From the NCBI GenBank assembly GCA_964291295.2, contig OZ219754.1:1792001-1856000 (forward strand): a stretch of 64,000 nucleotides of DNA, written 5' to 3'. The notes under the pieces are model-generated. The model saw nothing but the letters and a program-made list of their open reading frames with translations. It did not search any database and was not told the DNA's origin. Source of the DNA: an uncultured Candidatus Binatia bacterium (lineage in GTDB: Bacteria > Desulfobacterota > Binatia > UBA9968 > JAJDTQ01). This document shows, one piece after another, positions 21,559-33,030 of the stretch (position 1 is the first letter of the stretch; the number at the start of each line of letters is the position of its first letter). Position numbers and translations under genes: made by a program.

Positions 21559-22842
21559 TCACGAACCGGCGCCCGGGGTCGGGGTGTCGCGCTTGACCGG
21601 CCGTCTGATGAGCAGGGTCAGTCCCGCGCACAGGATCTGCACGGCGACGAAGAGGGTCAGCGGCAGATCGTAGCTGCCGGTGTAGTCGTGGAGGTAGCCG
21701 AAGAACGGCGCCCCGGCGGCGGCGCAGAGCAGCAGGATGGGGACGCTGAGACCGCGGACCGTGCCGAGGGACAGCCGCCCGAAACAGTTGGCCCAGACGA
21801 CTTCCTGAAGCACCTGCGCGCCCCCGAGGCCGGCGCCGTAGAGGAAGAAGGCCGCGTACAGCCACGGCAAGGCATGGGTTCTCAGGGCGATGACGAGTCC
21901 CGCGGCCTGTATCACGAACATCAGCGCGGTGGTTCTGCGGACGCTCACCCGTTCGCTGACAAAGCCCCACAGGAGGCCGGAGCCCAGTTGGGTGGCGGCG
22001 GTGACCGTGACCACGGACCCGGCCCGGAAGTCGGCATGGCCCATGTCGGACACGAAGGGGAACAGGTGCAGGTTGAATCCGGCGACGCCGATGTCCACCA
22101 CGCTGAAGATGAAGGTGATGAGCCAGAAGGTGGAGGTGCGCACGGCTTCCCGCCGGGTCCAGACCACGTCCGTGCGCGGCGTCCGGTCCCCGCGGCCGCT
22201 CTCCGGACGCATGCCGGGTTCCGGGTCGCCGTCCGGATGGAGTCCGATGTCTTCGGGGCTGCGCCGCATCCACACCGCCGCCGGTATCAGGATCAGGAAG
22301 ATCACCAGGGCTCCGAACAGGATCCACAGGTGACGCCAGCCGATGGTGGTCAGGAGGTAGGCGGCCACCAGGGCGATGGTGGTCTTGGAGAGGCCCTGTC
22401 CCAGATGGGCGATGGCCACGGCCCGGCCGCGCTGCCTGACGAACCAGCGGGACACCGTGACGTTGACCACGAAGTAGCACACCAGGGCGTGCCCGATGGA
22501 AACCAGGGCCACCCGGATGACGGTGAACTGCAGGAAGCTCCGGGCGTAGCCCAGCGACACGAAGCCCGCCACCGAGATGACCGCGCCAGTGACCATCAGC
22601 CACCGGGCGCCATACCGATCCAGCAGGGAGCCGATCCACGGCGCCGCGCCGGCGTAGGCCACCAGTTCGAGGGAACGCATGATCGAGAAGGTGCCGCGGG
22701 TGACGCCCAGATCGGCGGTAATGGACTTCATCAGCACGCCGAGGGTGCTGGACAGGTAGAAGGCGCAGGCGATGTTGACCAGAAAGCCGGTGGCGACGAT
22801 GTACCAGCCGTAGAACAGACCGGGTCTTGCGGATTCCTGCAT
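21559..22842 (-). CDS. MFS transporter (monocarboxylate/OFA-like)
   Basis: FYGWYIV start, ~12 hydrophobic segments, LDRYGARW, WFVRQRGRA. Confidence 0.9.
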   Translation of the reverse strand: MQESARPGLFYGWYIVATGFLVNIACAFYLSSTLGVLMKSITADLGVTRGTFSIMRSLELVAYAGAAPWIGSLLDRYGARWLMVTGAVISVAGFVSLGYARSFLQFTVIRVALVSIGHALVCYFVVNVTVSRWFVRQRGRAVAIAHLGQGLSKTTIALVAAYLLTTIGWRHLWILFGALVIFLILIPAAVWMRRSPEDIGLHPDGDPEPGMRPESGRGDRTPRTDVVWTRREAVRTSTFWLITFIFSVVDIGVAGFNLHLFPFVSDMGHADFRAGSVVTVTAATQLGSGLLWGFVSERVSVRRTTALMFVIQAAGLVIALRTHALPWLYAAFFLYGAGLGGAQVLQEVVWANCFGRLSLGTVRGLSVPILLLCAAAGAPFFGYLHDYTGSYDLPLTLFVAVQILCAGLTLLIRRPVKRDTPTPGAGS

Positions 22843-22863
22843 TCCTTCGATTCGCCCGGGCGG

Positions 22864-24159
22864 CTAACCGGCCCGTTCCAGGCTCGCCGGGTGCCGGGGC
22901 CGCCGTATCGTGAGCGTCAACGCGGATGAAGCCAGCAGCATGGCGATGAACAGGTAGAACGAGATCCTGTACGATCCGGTGTAGTCATTCACGAAGCCGA
23001 AGAACGGTGGACCGCAGACGCCGCACAACAGCACGATCTGCAGGGCGGCGCCGCGAACCGTACCCAGCGACACCCGGCCGAAGTAGTTCGCCCACATGAC
23101 CTCCTCCAGCACCTGGGCGCCGCCAAGCCCCAGGCCGTAGAAGAAAAACCCGAGGTAGATGGTCGAGAGGTCCTGTGCGGTCGCCGCCACGTACAGCCCG
23201 GCGGCCTCCATCAGAAACAGGAACGCGATGATCCTGCGGACGCGGAAGCGCTCGCCGACGAAGCCCCACAGCAGGCCCGAGGCGGTTTGCGTGCCGGCGA
23301 TCACGGTCATGGTCAGGGCCGCCGGGAACCCGCCGTATCCCAGGTCCGAGACGTAGGAGACGACGTGGAGGTTGAGGCCGGTGATGCCCACGTCCACCAT
23401 GCCGAACACCAGGATGATGAGCCAGAAGGTGGGGGTGCGCCGCACATCCCGCCGCGTCCAGTGAACGTCCGGCTCCGGCGCCCGCGCCCGGGCATGGACG
23501 GTGCCCTTCATGGGTTCGCGTTGGGCGGCGCCGTCGGGATGAAGCCCCATGTCCTCCGGGCTCCGGCGCATGAAGAGGGCCACCGGGATGACGGCGAGCA
23601 CCACCACCAGCACGCCGAACAGGGTCCACACCTGGCGCCAGGCGATGAATGTCAGCAGCCAGCCCACCACCGCGGAGATGGCCACCTTGGCGACGCCATG
23701 TCCCAGGTGGGAAAGGGCCAGCGCCCTCCCCCGCATCCGGACGAACCACCGGGCCACCGTGACGTTCACCACGAAGTAGCAGACCAGGGCGTGGCCGGCC
23801 GCCATCACGGTCATGCGCACGGAGGCGAACTGCCAGAAGTGGGACACCTGACCCAGCACCAGGAACCCGACGGCCGAGAGGGCTGCTCCGGTGACCATCA
23901 TGCGGCGCGGACCGTATTGGTCCAACTTCGATCCCACCCAGGGTGCCATCAGGGCGTAAAGGAGGTGCTCGCCCGACCGCAGCAGCGAGAAAAGCCCCCG
24001 GGACACGCCAAGATCGGCGGTGACGGGCTTCAGAAAGACGCTGAGTGTACTGGACAGGAAGAAGGCGCACGAGATGTTGGCCAGGAAGGCGGCGCCCACG
24101 ATGTACCAACCGTAGAACACGCGCGACCGTCCGGAGCGGTGGAGGGGATCAGAAATCAC
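22864..24159 (-). CDS. MFS transporter, tandem paralogue of 21559-22842
   Basis: Shared segments GHALVCYFVVNVTV, MRRSPED.GLHPDG, LGGAQVL.EV.WAN.FGR.SLGTVRG. Confidence 0.9.
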   Translation of the reverse strand: MISDPLHRSGRSRVFYGWYIVGAAFLANISCAFFLSSTLSVFLKPVTADLGVSRGLFSLLRSGEHLLYALMAPWVGSKLDQYGPRRMMVTGAALSAVGFLVLGQVSHFWQFASVRMTVMAAGHALVCYFVVNVTVARWFVRMRGRALALSHLGHGVAKVAISAVVGWLLTFIAWRQVWTLFGVLVVVLAVIPVALFMRRSPEDMGLHPDGAAQREPMKGTVHARARAPEPDVHWTRRDVRRTPTFWLIILVFGMVDVGITGLNLHVVSYVSDLGYGGFPAALTMTVIAGTQTASGLLWGFVGERFRVRRIIAFLFLMEAAGLYVAATAQDLSTIYLGFFFYGLGLGGAQVLEEVMWANYFGRVSLGTVRGAALQIVLLCGVCGPPFFGFVNDYTGSYRISFYLFIAMLLASSALTLTIRRPRHPASLERAG

Positions 24160-24561
24160 GGCGGTGCGGGAATCCGGGGCAATTCTGGCTCAGGTTGCAC
24201 TCTTGCGCGAACGGGCTGTGGCAAGCAGGAACCCGGGACCCGGTTCATTCGGGGAAACGTAGGCAATCGCGTCGTCGGAGTCAAACTTTGTCCGGCGTTT
24301 GTTCGGCGGCCGCCGCGGTGATGGCGGTTCGGTCGGCATGACGCCGAGCGGGTTGCCAGAACCATCCCGCGCCGGGGAATGGCGGAAGAACCAGGGTATG
24401 GACGTTTCTCGCTTCGTCAGCCGGCACGCCCGCGCTGATCGAGACCCCCGTCACCGCCCGCACATGACCCCGCCGCCACCCGCCGCCCTTGCGCTCGGTC
24501 TGCGCCGTCAACCATCGAAGTCTCCTGGACAGACGCCCGCTGTTTCTGCCGCCAATCCCCC

Positions 24562-24603
24562 GCGTGGGACAGCCCCGGGATAGCCGCCCGGGCTGTCCCA
24601 CGC
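24562..24603. repeat. GC-rich inverted repeat (REP-like hairpin)
   Basis: gcgtgggacagccc...gggctgtcccacgc arms. Confidence 0.6.
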
Positions 24604-24699
24604 TGCGTGTCGGGTGCGTGGGGGAGAGATTGGGGTGTCAGGCAGTGGCGTTCTTGCGCTATGGCAGATAGCGCGGTGGCAGATAGACATGGGGGGATG

Positions 24700-26215
24700 T
24701 GGGAACGCATCCGCAAGGGGTCGGGCGCGGTCCACGGTGAGGCACCGGAAGGGTATGCGCTGTGGGAGGTGGGGGAGGGTCGGGTGAAGCCGGAGGAGCG
24801 TTCCCGGAGGAGCGTCCGGACCGGGACGTGCTGATGGACAGGCATCCTTGTCCGGGCTTTCGCGGTCTGGCAGGCCGCGGCCTTCGTCATGCGGCGACCT
24901 TCAGAGGTCGATGGCCGGGCTTGGCGGCGTGGCAGAACGGCGCCTTCAAGTGCCGACCGCGGGACCGTTGGACCGGCGGACGGTCGAAGCAGCCGTTCGA
25001 GCGTCCGGGTCGGATCGCCGACCACACGCGCCTTCTGCTGCTCTCCGAGCCCGGAGTGTTTCCCAACCTTGCCTCCCGTTTCGTGGCGCGCATGACCCGC
25101 TGGCGGGCGGTGCACGGCCATCCGGTGCTTGTGGCCGAGACATTCCACGATTCGGGGTTTTCCGGGGTTGTTTGCGGGCACGCTTTACAAGGCGGCGGGC
25201 CGGGCAGGACCCGTGGGTTAGCGCGCGCCAACGGGCGTTGCACCGACCCCCACGGTTGGCGGAAGGAGACAGGGGTCAAGCCGCTGCGGCCCGACGCCCG
25301 GGCGCGGCTGTCGAACCCGCGTCCGCTGCCGCCCCACGTGGCGCCTCCGGTCGATCCCGGCCTGGCTTCCCGCCACCCGGTGGCGATGCGTTCCCAGTAT
25401 GCCGAACGGGCGGTCGTGCCGGACTTCCGCCGGAACCAGGGCCGGAAGCCCGGGGTGGCCTGCGTGCTCGCCGTGCATGTGCGGTGCCGACGACCTCTTC
25501 CGGGTCAAGGCCAACGCGCCGGACACCTTCCATCTTCTCGCCCGCATTGACTGGGAGAAAGACGCCACCGGCCACTTCGAGGAGGAACTCGACAAGCTCC
25601 CCGGTGGTCCGGAGCCGCGCTCCATCCGCGTCCCGCCCCCGCGCCGGGTCCACTACCCCGGCGTCCGCCAGATCACCCGCCACCGTGAGCCCCTGCGCGA
25701 GGACGGGGACAGGGCCGGGGAAGAACACATGGAAACCGCCCATGTCCTCACCTCCCTTGATGCCGCAGCGGCATCTCCGAGAGACCGGCTCCGGCTCAAT
25801 CGCGGACACGGGGTCGTGGAGAACCGCAACCAGCGCCGGAGGGACTGCGTCTTCGGCGAGGACGCATGCCTGACCGGCATCGGACACGGACCGGCCAACC
25901 GCGCCCGCCTTGACCGCATCGCACTCGCGGTGATCTTCACCAACCGGCGCGACACCGAGAGCTTCACCGAAACCCGCCGACGGCTGCAACTCGACCGGGG
26001 CCAAGCCTTCGCCGCCCTGACCCGGCCACCGACGTCCCGGAACCCCAGCCCCAACCACCCCCGCAGGCCACCCCACCGCCAGGCCCATCCCCGGCTCACC
26101 CGGCCCGGCGCTTATCCCCGGACAGTACCCCTGCACCGACAACCGCATGAAAGGCACCCTACCCCCCTCTGCCCCACTCTCATCCCAACCCCCAGCTTCG
26201 GAAAGTCCTGGTGTC
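24700..26215 (+). mobile_element. degenerate ISAs1-family element with an N-terminal DUF4338 (DruA-like) domain; many frameshifts and deletions
   Basis: GRGLRHAAT..W..GAFKCRPRDRW..PNLASRF..HGHPVLVAETF (DUF4338-like), then VPDFRRNQGRK, FRVKANAP, NRGHGVVENRN..RDCVFGEDAC (ISAs1 transposase). Confidence 0.75.
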
Positions 26216-26338
26216 GGGCGCGGCGCACGTTGAAATCGGCCTGCGGATGGGTTACAGGTTGCACCGATGGGTTTGCTGCGGTCGTGCGGGTTCGGCGCCC
26301 CGATATTCGACAGGAATTCAGGACGGGAGGATGAGATC

Positions 26339-29300
26339 ATGACGGGGACGCCGGGCGATGTCGGGATGCATGACCTGCGGCTGTCCGGGCGGGGCATGAG
26401 CGCCTCACGCGCGCGCGAACCCGAACTCGTTGCCCCCCCCCCCCCCCCCGAAAACCGGCTGTGGGGCTTAGTCCGGTGGGCGCCCTCGGGAGAACCGCCA
26501 GCCGCCTGAAGGCGGCATTCGCCCTCGTCTTCTTCGCGCTGGTGACGCTCGCCGTGCTCGCGCCGCAGGACGCGCGGGCGCAGCAAAAGCCGGCGCTCAC
26601 GGCAACCCCGGGTGTCGGCAGTGTCACGCTCAACTGGACCCGTACCGGCAACACTGGATTTGGATATTGGGTTTACCGACAGGGGGTCACCGGAGGAGGT
26701 TACGGCGACTGGATCGATATACCGGGCGGCGCCACCATCAGAACCCACACGGTCACAGGGTTGACCCCCGGCACCTCCTATACCTTCCAGGTGGCAAGGG
26801 CGGAAGGTACCGGTCTCAACTTTTCCGTCTTCGCTAGTGGGGGAGGGTACTCGAACGGGGCCACGGCGACGCCAACGGCGGCCACTTCCACCAAGACGAT
26901 CACCCTGTCGGCGACATCGACCTCGATCACCGAGGGCAACTCCGGCTTTACGGACGTGACGGTCACCGTGACGCTCGGCGAGGCGGCGCCGGCGGCGGAT
27001 CCGGATTTGGGGATTTTTTCGCTCTCCCTTATTTCTGCCAGTCCCCCCGGCACGGCCACAGGCTCCAGCAAGGGAGCAAACCCCTGCACGGCGCCGCTGA
27101 ATCCGGCGGACACCGACTGGTGCCATCCGGACGGGGCCAACATCTCCATCGCCGAAGGTGAGACCATGGGCACGAAGAAAGTGCGTATTCTCGCCGACAC
27201 CCGGGACGAGCCGAACGAGACCATCAAGCTCGTTTCTTCGGCTGCGCATCCTGGCTGGACCGACGGCAGCCTCACCCTGACCATTACCGACGACGATCCC
27301 CCCACCACGGCCGTTCCTGCCGCGACAGCGGGACTGGGTTCGGATGCAGGGGATCGGAAGGTGACGCTCATATGGGAGGCTGTCAGGGATTCCAATCCGG
27401 CCATTACCAAGTGGCAGTATCAGCAGAAGACCGGGTTGGCGGCCTACGGCGCATGGACCGATATTTCCAACTCGGCGGAAGGTGAACCCAATAACGGCAG
27501 ATATGTGGTGACGGGTTTGAGCAACGGGACGGAATACAAGTTCAAGGTGCGTGCGGTGAACAGTTCCGGCAACGGTGTGGTATCCAATGAGACAACGGCA
27601 ACCCCCACTGGCAGCAAGACCATCACCCTCACAACCGATCAGCCCAATAACCGTATCACGGAGGGTGATACGGAAAGGAAGAACATAGTCCTCACCGTTA
27701 CCCTCAGCGAGGATGCACCGGACGAGTTTCTTGTCAGCATCAGCTATGGTGGGGGTATCGGCACCCTGGTGGGCAATGATAACGGAGGTTCCGACAACTG
27801 CAGCAATCCGACCCCCGCGACAGCAGATATCTGCTTCCCCGGCGGCCCTTCCGCGAGTAGCCTCCCCATAGAGTCTGGGCAAAGAACAGCCACAAGGACG
27901 GTTGGCATTCTTCCGGACACCTTGGAGGAGGGGGATGAGTACTTCTCCATGCGGGCCAGCACCAGCACAGGGGGCTGGTCGGGCGACTCCATCCTCATCA
28001 CCATTGTTGACAATGATGGCACCACCGCCAAACCCGCCAAGCCCACGGGGTTGTCGGCGGAGGCGGGCAACGGTCAGGTGGAGCTGACGTGGACGGACCC
28101 GGAGGACGATTCGATCACGGGGTATCAGGTGCAGCAGAGGAAGGGGAGCGCCGCCTGGGGCAGCTGGACCGACATTTCCGGTTCGGACGCGGACACCACG
28201 AACCACACGGTGACGGGTCTGGACAACGACAGCGCGTACCGTTTTCGCATCCGGGCGCAGAACGGCGGCGGCAACAGCGCCGCGTCGGCGGTGGTGCGGG
28301 CGACGCCGGCGGAGCCCGCTACGGCCCCCGCCAAGCCGACGGGCTTGGGCGCGACGAAGGGCGACACGTGGGTCTACCTGACGTGGACCGATCCGGGCGA
28401 CGCCAGCATCACCCGTTGGGAGTACCGGCAGAAGGCCGGTACCGGAAACTACGGTTCGTGGATGCGGATGACGGGTTCCGGCGCGGCGACGGTGAAGCAC
28501 CAGATCCCGGGCCTGAAGAACGGCACGGTCTACGCGTTCAGGATTCGCGCGGTGAACGGCAACGGCAACGGCGCGGCGTCGGAGGAGGTGACGGCGACGC
28601 CGAATCCGCCGGTGGCGCCGGTGTTGACGGCAGCCACTTCAACGACCAATCGGAATCTCACGCTGACCTGGACCCATGCCGGCTCGACCGCGGTCGATTA
28701 CATCGACGGCGGGGGTGCCAGCGCCGTCTGGTGGCAAACGGGGCATCGGCTGAAGGGGTCCACCACCTGGACGGCGTACGGCGGGAACGTATCCGCCGCG
28801 AGGGGCAACTCCCGGCGCACCTCGTCGGCGCTCCTCGGCTCCGCTGCTGCCTACCCGAACGGAGCATCGGTGGAGGTGGCGATTCGGGCATCGGGCGATT
28901 CCTTATTGCTGGGCAGGTCGGATGTCAAGGGCCCCTGGTCGAACGAGCGCACGGTCACGTTCATGAACACCGATACGAACGCGCTGACGATCACCGGAGC
29001 GCCGGTGACGGTGGCGCCCGGTTCCACGGCGGTCTACAGGGTGGCGCTGACGAAGGCGTATGCGGGGACGCTGTCGGTCAAGAGCGACGACACGGACACG
29101 GCGACGGTGAGTCCGCCGAATCTGACGTTTACCGCGGACAACTACAGCACGGCGCAGGATGTGACGGTGACCGGGGTCAAGAACGGCACGGCGACCATCA
29201 ACCACGCCTTTCGGCTGACGGGGGCCACGGTGGATGCGATACCGGATGCGGGCACGGTGGACGTGACGGTGGCGGATGCGCCGGGGGTGACGGTGTCGAC

Positions 29301-31989
29301 GGCGGCGCTGACGGTGGCGGAGGGCGGCAGCGGCGCCTACACGATGCGGCTGAACACGGCGCCGTCGAGCGATGTGACGATAATGGTGGACGGCGCTTCG
29401 GGCGACGTGACGGTGGCGAATGCGACGCTGACCTTCACCACGGTCAACTGGAACATGCCGCAGACGGTGACGGTGAACGCGGGGACGGACACGGACACGA
29501 CGCCGGACGCCGCCGTGACGCTGACCCACAGCGCCTCGGGGGGCGGCTACGCTTCGGTGAGCATCGCCTCGGTGGTGGTGAGCGTGACGGAGAGCGGCGT
29601 GGTGCCGGCGAAGCCGACGGGCCTGGCGGCGGCGGCGGGGGACGGTTCGGTGACGCTGAGCTGGACGGACGCGGGCAATCCGACCATCACGAAGTGGCAA
29701 TACCGGCGGAAGGCCGGTGGCGGGGCCTGGGGCGATTGGACGGACATCGGGGGCTCCGGAGCGAGCACCACAAGCTACGAGGTGAGCGGGCTGACCAACG
29801 GCACCGCGTATCAGTTCGAGGTGCGCGCGGTGAACGGTGCCGGCAACGGCGCTGGCCCGGATGCGCCGGTGAGCGCGACGCCGACGGGCGCCACGCCGCC
29901 ATCCACGCCTCCCGGGACAACGCCGACGCCGCCTGCGGCGGTCGGGAGCGGGAGCGTGCGGGTGACGCCGGCGGCGCTGACGGTGGAGGAGGGCGGCACC
30001 GGGAGTTACACGGTGGTGCTGGGTGCGGAGCCCGCGGGGACGGTGACGGTGACGGTGGGCGGGGCATCGGGGGAGGTGACGGCGGTGCCGCGGCGCCTGA
30101 GCTTCACGGTGTCGAACTGGAGCGAGCCGCAGCGGGTGACGGTGAGCGCGGCTCGTGACGCGGACACGGCGGACGACAGGGCGACGCTGACGCACGGAGC
30201 GAGGGGCGGGGGCTATGATTCGGTGAGCATCGCCTCGGTGGTGGTGCGGGTGAGGGACACGACGCCGGTGCTGAGTCTGGAGACGGACCCGGCGGCGGTG
30301 AGCGAGGGGGAGGACATCCGCCTTGTGGTGACCTCGGACCGTGCGCTGACGGGCAATCTGACGGTGAGCCTGACGCTGGCGGCGCGCGACGGCAGCGGCT
30401 TCGATGCGGAGGACCTTCCGGGGGGACTGGGGCCGCGTTCGTTGGATGCGGTGTTCGGCGCCACGGCGAGCCGGAGGGGAGTGGTGATGATCCCCACCCG
30501 CACGGATGGAGAGGTGGAAGGCCGGGAGTCGTACGGCATCAGGCTGAACGCGGCGGAGGGCTATGCGGTGGGGGTGGATGCGGAGGCGGAGGGAGTTCTG
30601 GAAGAGGGTTCGTCGGAGGGGGCGGATCGGGTGAACCGTGCGATCCTGCCGCAGGTGGCGGCGATGGCGCTGTCGCAGACGCTGGAGGCGGTGACGAGGC
30701 GGATCGAAGCGGTGTCGGATGGCGGTGTGGGCGGTGCGGTGCGTTTTGGAGCGGCGCCGGGGAAGGCGGTGGAGGAGGAGTGGGTTGGCTTGGGAGACCC
30801 GGGGCAACAGGGACCGGGCTTGCGGGAGATGCTGGACGGGGCCTCCTTCGCGCTGCCGCTGGGTGCTTCGGGGGCGGGAGGGGCGGCGGTGCCGGCGTTG
30901 TGGGGAGTGGGCGAGTGGCGGTCGCTGTCGGGTTCGGAGCGGGATCTTTCCTGGGAGGGCGGGCTGTGGTCGGGGTATCTGGGGGCGGACGTTCGGGTTC
31001 GCCCGGACCTGCTGGCGGGGGCGGCGGTGTCGTATGCGAAGGGCAAGGTGGATGCGGTGTCGAAGAGGGGCGACCGGACGAAAAGCAGGCACGAGAGCCG
31101 GGTGGTGTCGGTGAATCCGTATCTGGCGTGGCTGCGTGCGGACGGCACGACGCTGTGGGCCAGCGCGGGTTACGGGAGGGGCGAGGTGCGGATCGCCGAG
31201 GCGGGAGCGGCGGCGCGCACGGCGGACCTGTCGCAATGGAGTGGGGCCGCGGGCGGGCGCGGGGTTCTGATGGAGGATACGGAGATCATTGCCGGGGGCA
31301 CCACGCGAGTGGCGGTGAAGGGGGAGGGCTCCCTGGTCCAACTGGGCACGGAGGCCGGCGACGGTCTGACGGAGTTGACGGTGAAGGCGAGCCGACTGCG
31401 GCTGATGCTGGAGGGGTCGTGGGAGCACCGGGTCGGGGGCGATGCGACGCTGACGCCGGCACTGGAAGTGGGCGTGCGTCATGACGACGGCGACGTTGGG
31501 CAGGGCGGCGGGGTGGAGGTGGGGGCCGGCGTGATCTGGCGCGACCCGGGTGCCCGTCTGACCGCGGAGTTGCGGGCCCGGATGCTGGCGGTGCACGAGC
31601 GGGACCGGAAGGAATGGGGCGTGAGCGCCCTGGTGATCCTGGACCCCGGGGCGGACGGTCGGGGGAGCTATCTGAGCTTCGGCCCGGCCCACGGTCGCAC
31701 GGAAAGCGGTGTGGGGGGGTTGTTCGACTACGGTCCGGCCACGGACAGCGGGGCGGGGGCGGAGGAGAGCCGTCTGGAGGCGGAGCTGGGGCACGGCATC
31801 GGCATCGCCGGCCCGGCGCTGCTGACGCCTTATGCCGGGCTCAGCCTGGCGGAGTCGGGCGAGCGCACGCTGCGCCTGGGTGCGCGCTACCGCTTGGGGT
31901 CGGGGGTCGCCCTGGGAATCGAGGGCACAAGCCGGCCCTGGACCAACGGCGAGCAGAGCCTCATGCTGCGCGGTGCGCTGCGCTGGTGA
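26339..31989 (+). CDS. large autotransporter-type adhesin 2 (FN3 and Calx-beta/Ig-like repeats, C-terminal beta-barrel); currently frameshifted at a poly-C tract, long ORF 26461-31989
   Basis: Signal peptide ..FFALVTLAVLAPQDARA|Q; FN3 repeats; C-terminus LMLRGALRW; GGAGG-N8-ATG 26339 upstream of C17; paralogue of 7602-13065. Confidence 0.85.
26433..26449 (+). repeat. poly-C homopolymer (C17) in the 5' coding leader of autotransporter 2
   Basis: Counted directly: C run from 26433 to 26449. Confidence 0.95.
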
Positions 31990-32180
31990 GGATCGCGACC
32001 GACCCGTGGCTGGAGGGAGGGGATTTCGCCGCGGCCGCGGCCCCGTCCGATCAGAGTCAGCAGCCTGATCCTGGTGGTGGAATCCAGGTTCCGCCGGGCC
32101 GGCGTCGGAATGCGAGCGCCGCCCCGATCCGGTTCAATGGAATTTCTTCCCCGGCACCGGAGAGGTTCCGCCGCGGCGGA

Positions 32181-33030
32181 TCAGAAGGGCAGGGTGTGGA
32201 CCGCCAGGTCTCCGTGTCCGATGGTGACCCGGCTGCCAGGCTCGACGTAGTCCCGGTGGAGGTATCCCGGGGCGATGGGGCAACCGAGCCGTGGCGAGGC
32301 TGACACGCTGGTGATGCGGCCCATGTCGCGGTCGGCGCCGCGCAGGGTGTCTCGGGGGTGGGGTACGATGTCGTGAGCCCCACCAGCCGGCGGTTCACGT
32401 GGCCTCGAGAGTGAATGCGCTCCACCGTCTCCTGTCCCGGATCGCATCCTTTGGTGAAGCGGACGGCGTGCTGGAGAGCGGTTTCCAGCAGCAGCGTGTC
32501 GGCGTCCATATCGACCCCGTACCGGGGGATCCCGGCCTCGATGCGCAGAGTCTCCCTTGGCGTTCAGGCCGATCCAGGGGATCGGCCTGAACGAGCGGCA
32601 GGGCCATTCGGACCGGCGCTTCATGTAGAGACGCCACGCGGGTGGCCCGCGCGCGCGGCAGGGCCATCATGGCCGGCCGCCGATCCCGGGGTACCCGCAG
32701 GTCGAAACCGGGCTCCCCCGTATGCGTCGCGCGCACCGCCCGGATCCGGCTTCCGGCACAGACCCTCTCCCGGTGGCCCCGTTCTTCCGCTGGCAACACA
32801 GCGGCGTCCAGCAGCCCTGAGAGGCGAGTTTCCGAAGCCGGTCCCTGGATGGAGATCATGGCCAGCTCGCCCGAAAACTCGACAATCTCCACCTACAATC
32901 TCCACTTGGTCCGCCATCCGGTGGCGGTGGAGGTGTTCCAGCACACCCGGTGCGAGGAGTTCGTCCACCTCCCGCAGAAAGCCGCCGGCGGTGCGCAACA
33001 CCCTCACGTCGGCCAGGATCTTTCCCTGGG
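32181..33030 (-). pseudogene. ygfZ: YgfZ/GcvT-like folate-binding protein pseudogene, 5'-truncated by an ISAs1 remnant
   Basis: Fragments in different frames: QGKILADVRV, ISIQGP, HTGEPGFDL, KGCDPGQETVERIHSRGHVNRRLVGL (degenerate KGCYxGQE), GRITSVSASPRLG. Confidence 0.8.

Noticed and set aside
7732-31989. Diversity-generating retroelement acting on the paralogous adhesins
   Set aside because: No reverse transcriptase in the window, and the differences between copies do not look adenine-specific by eye.
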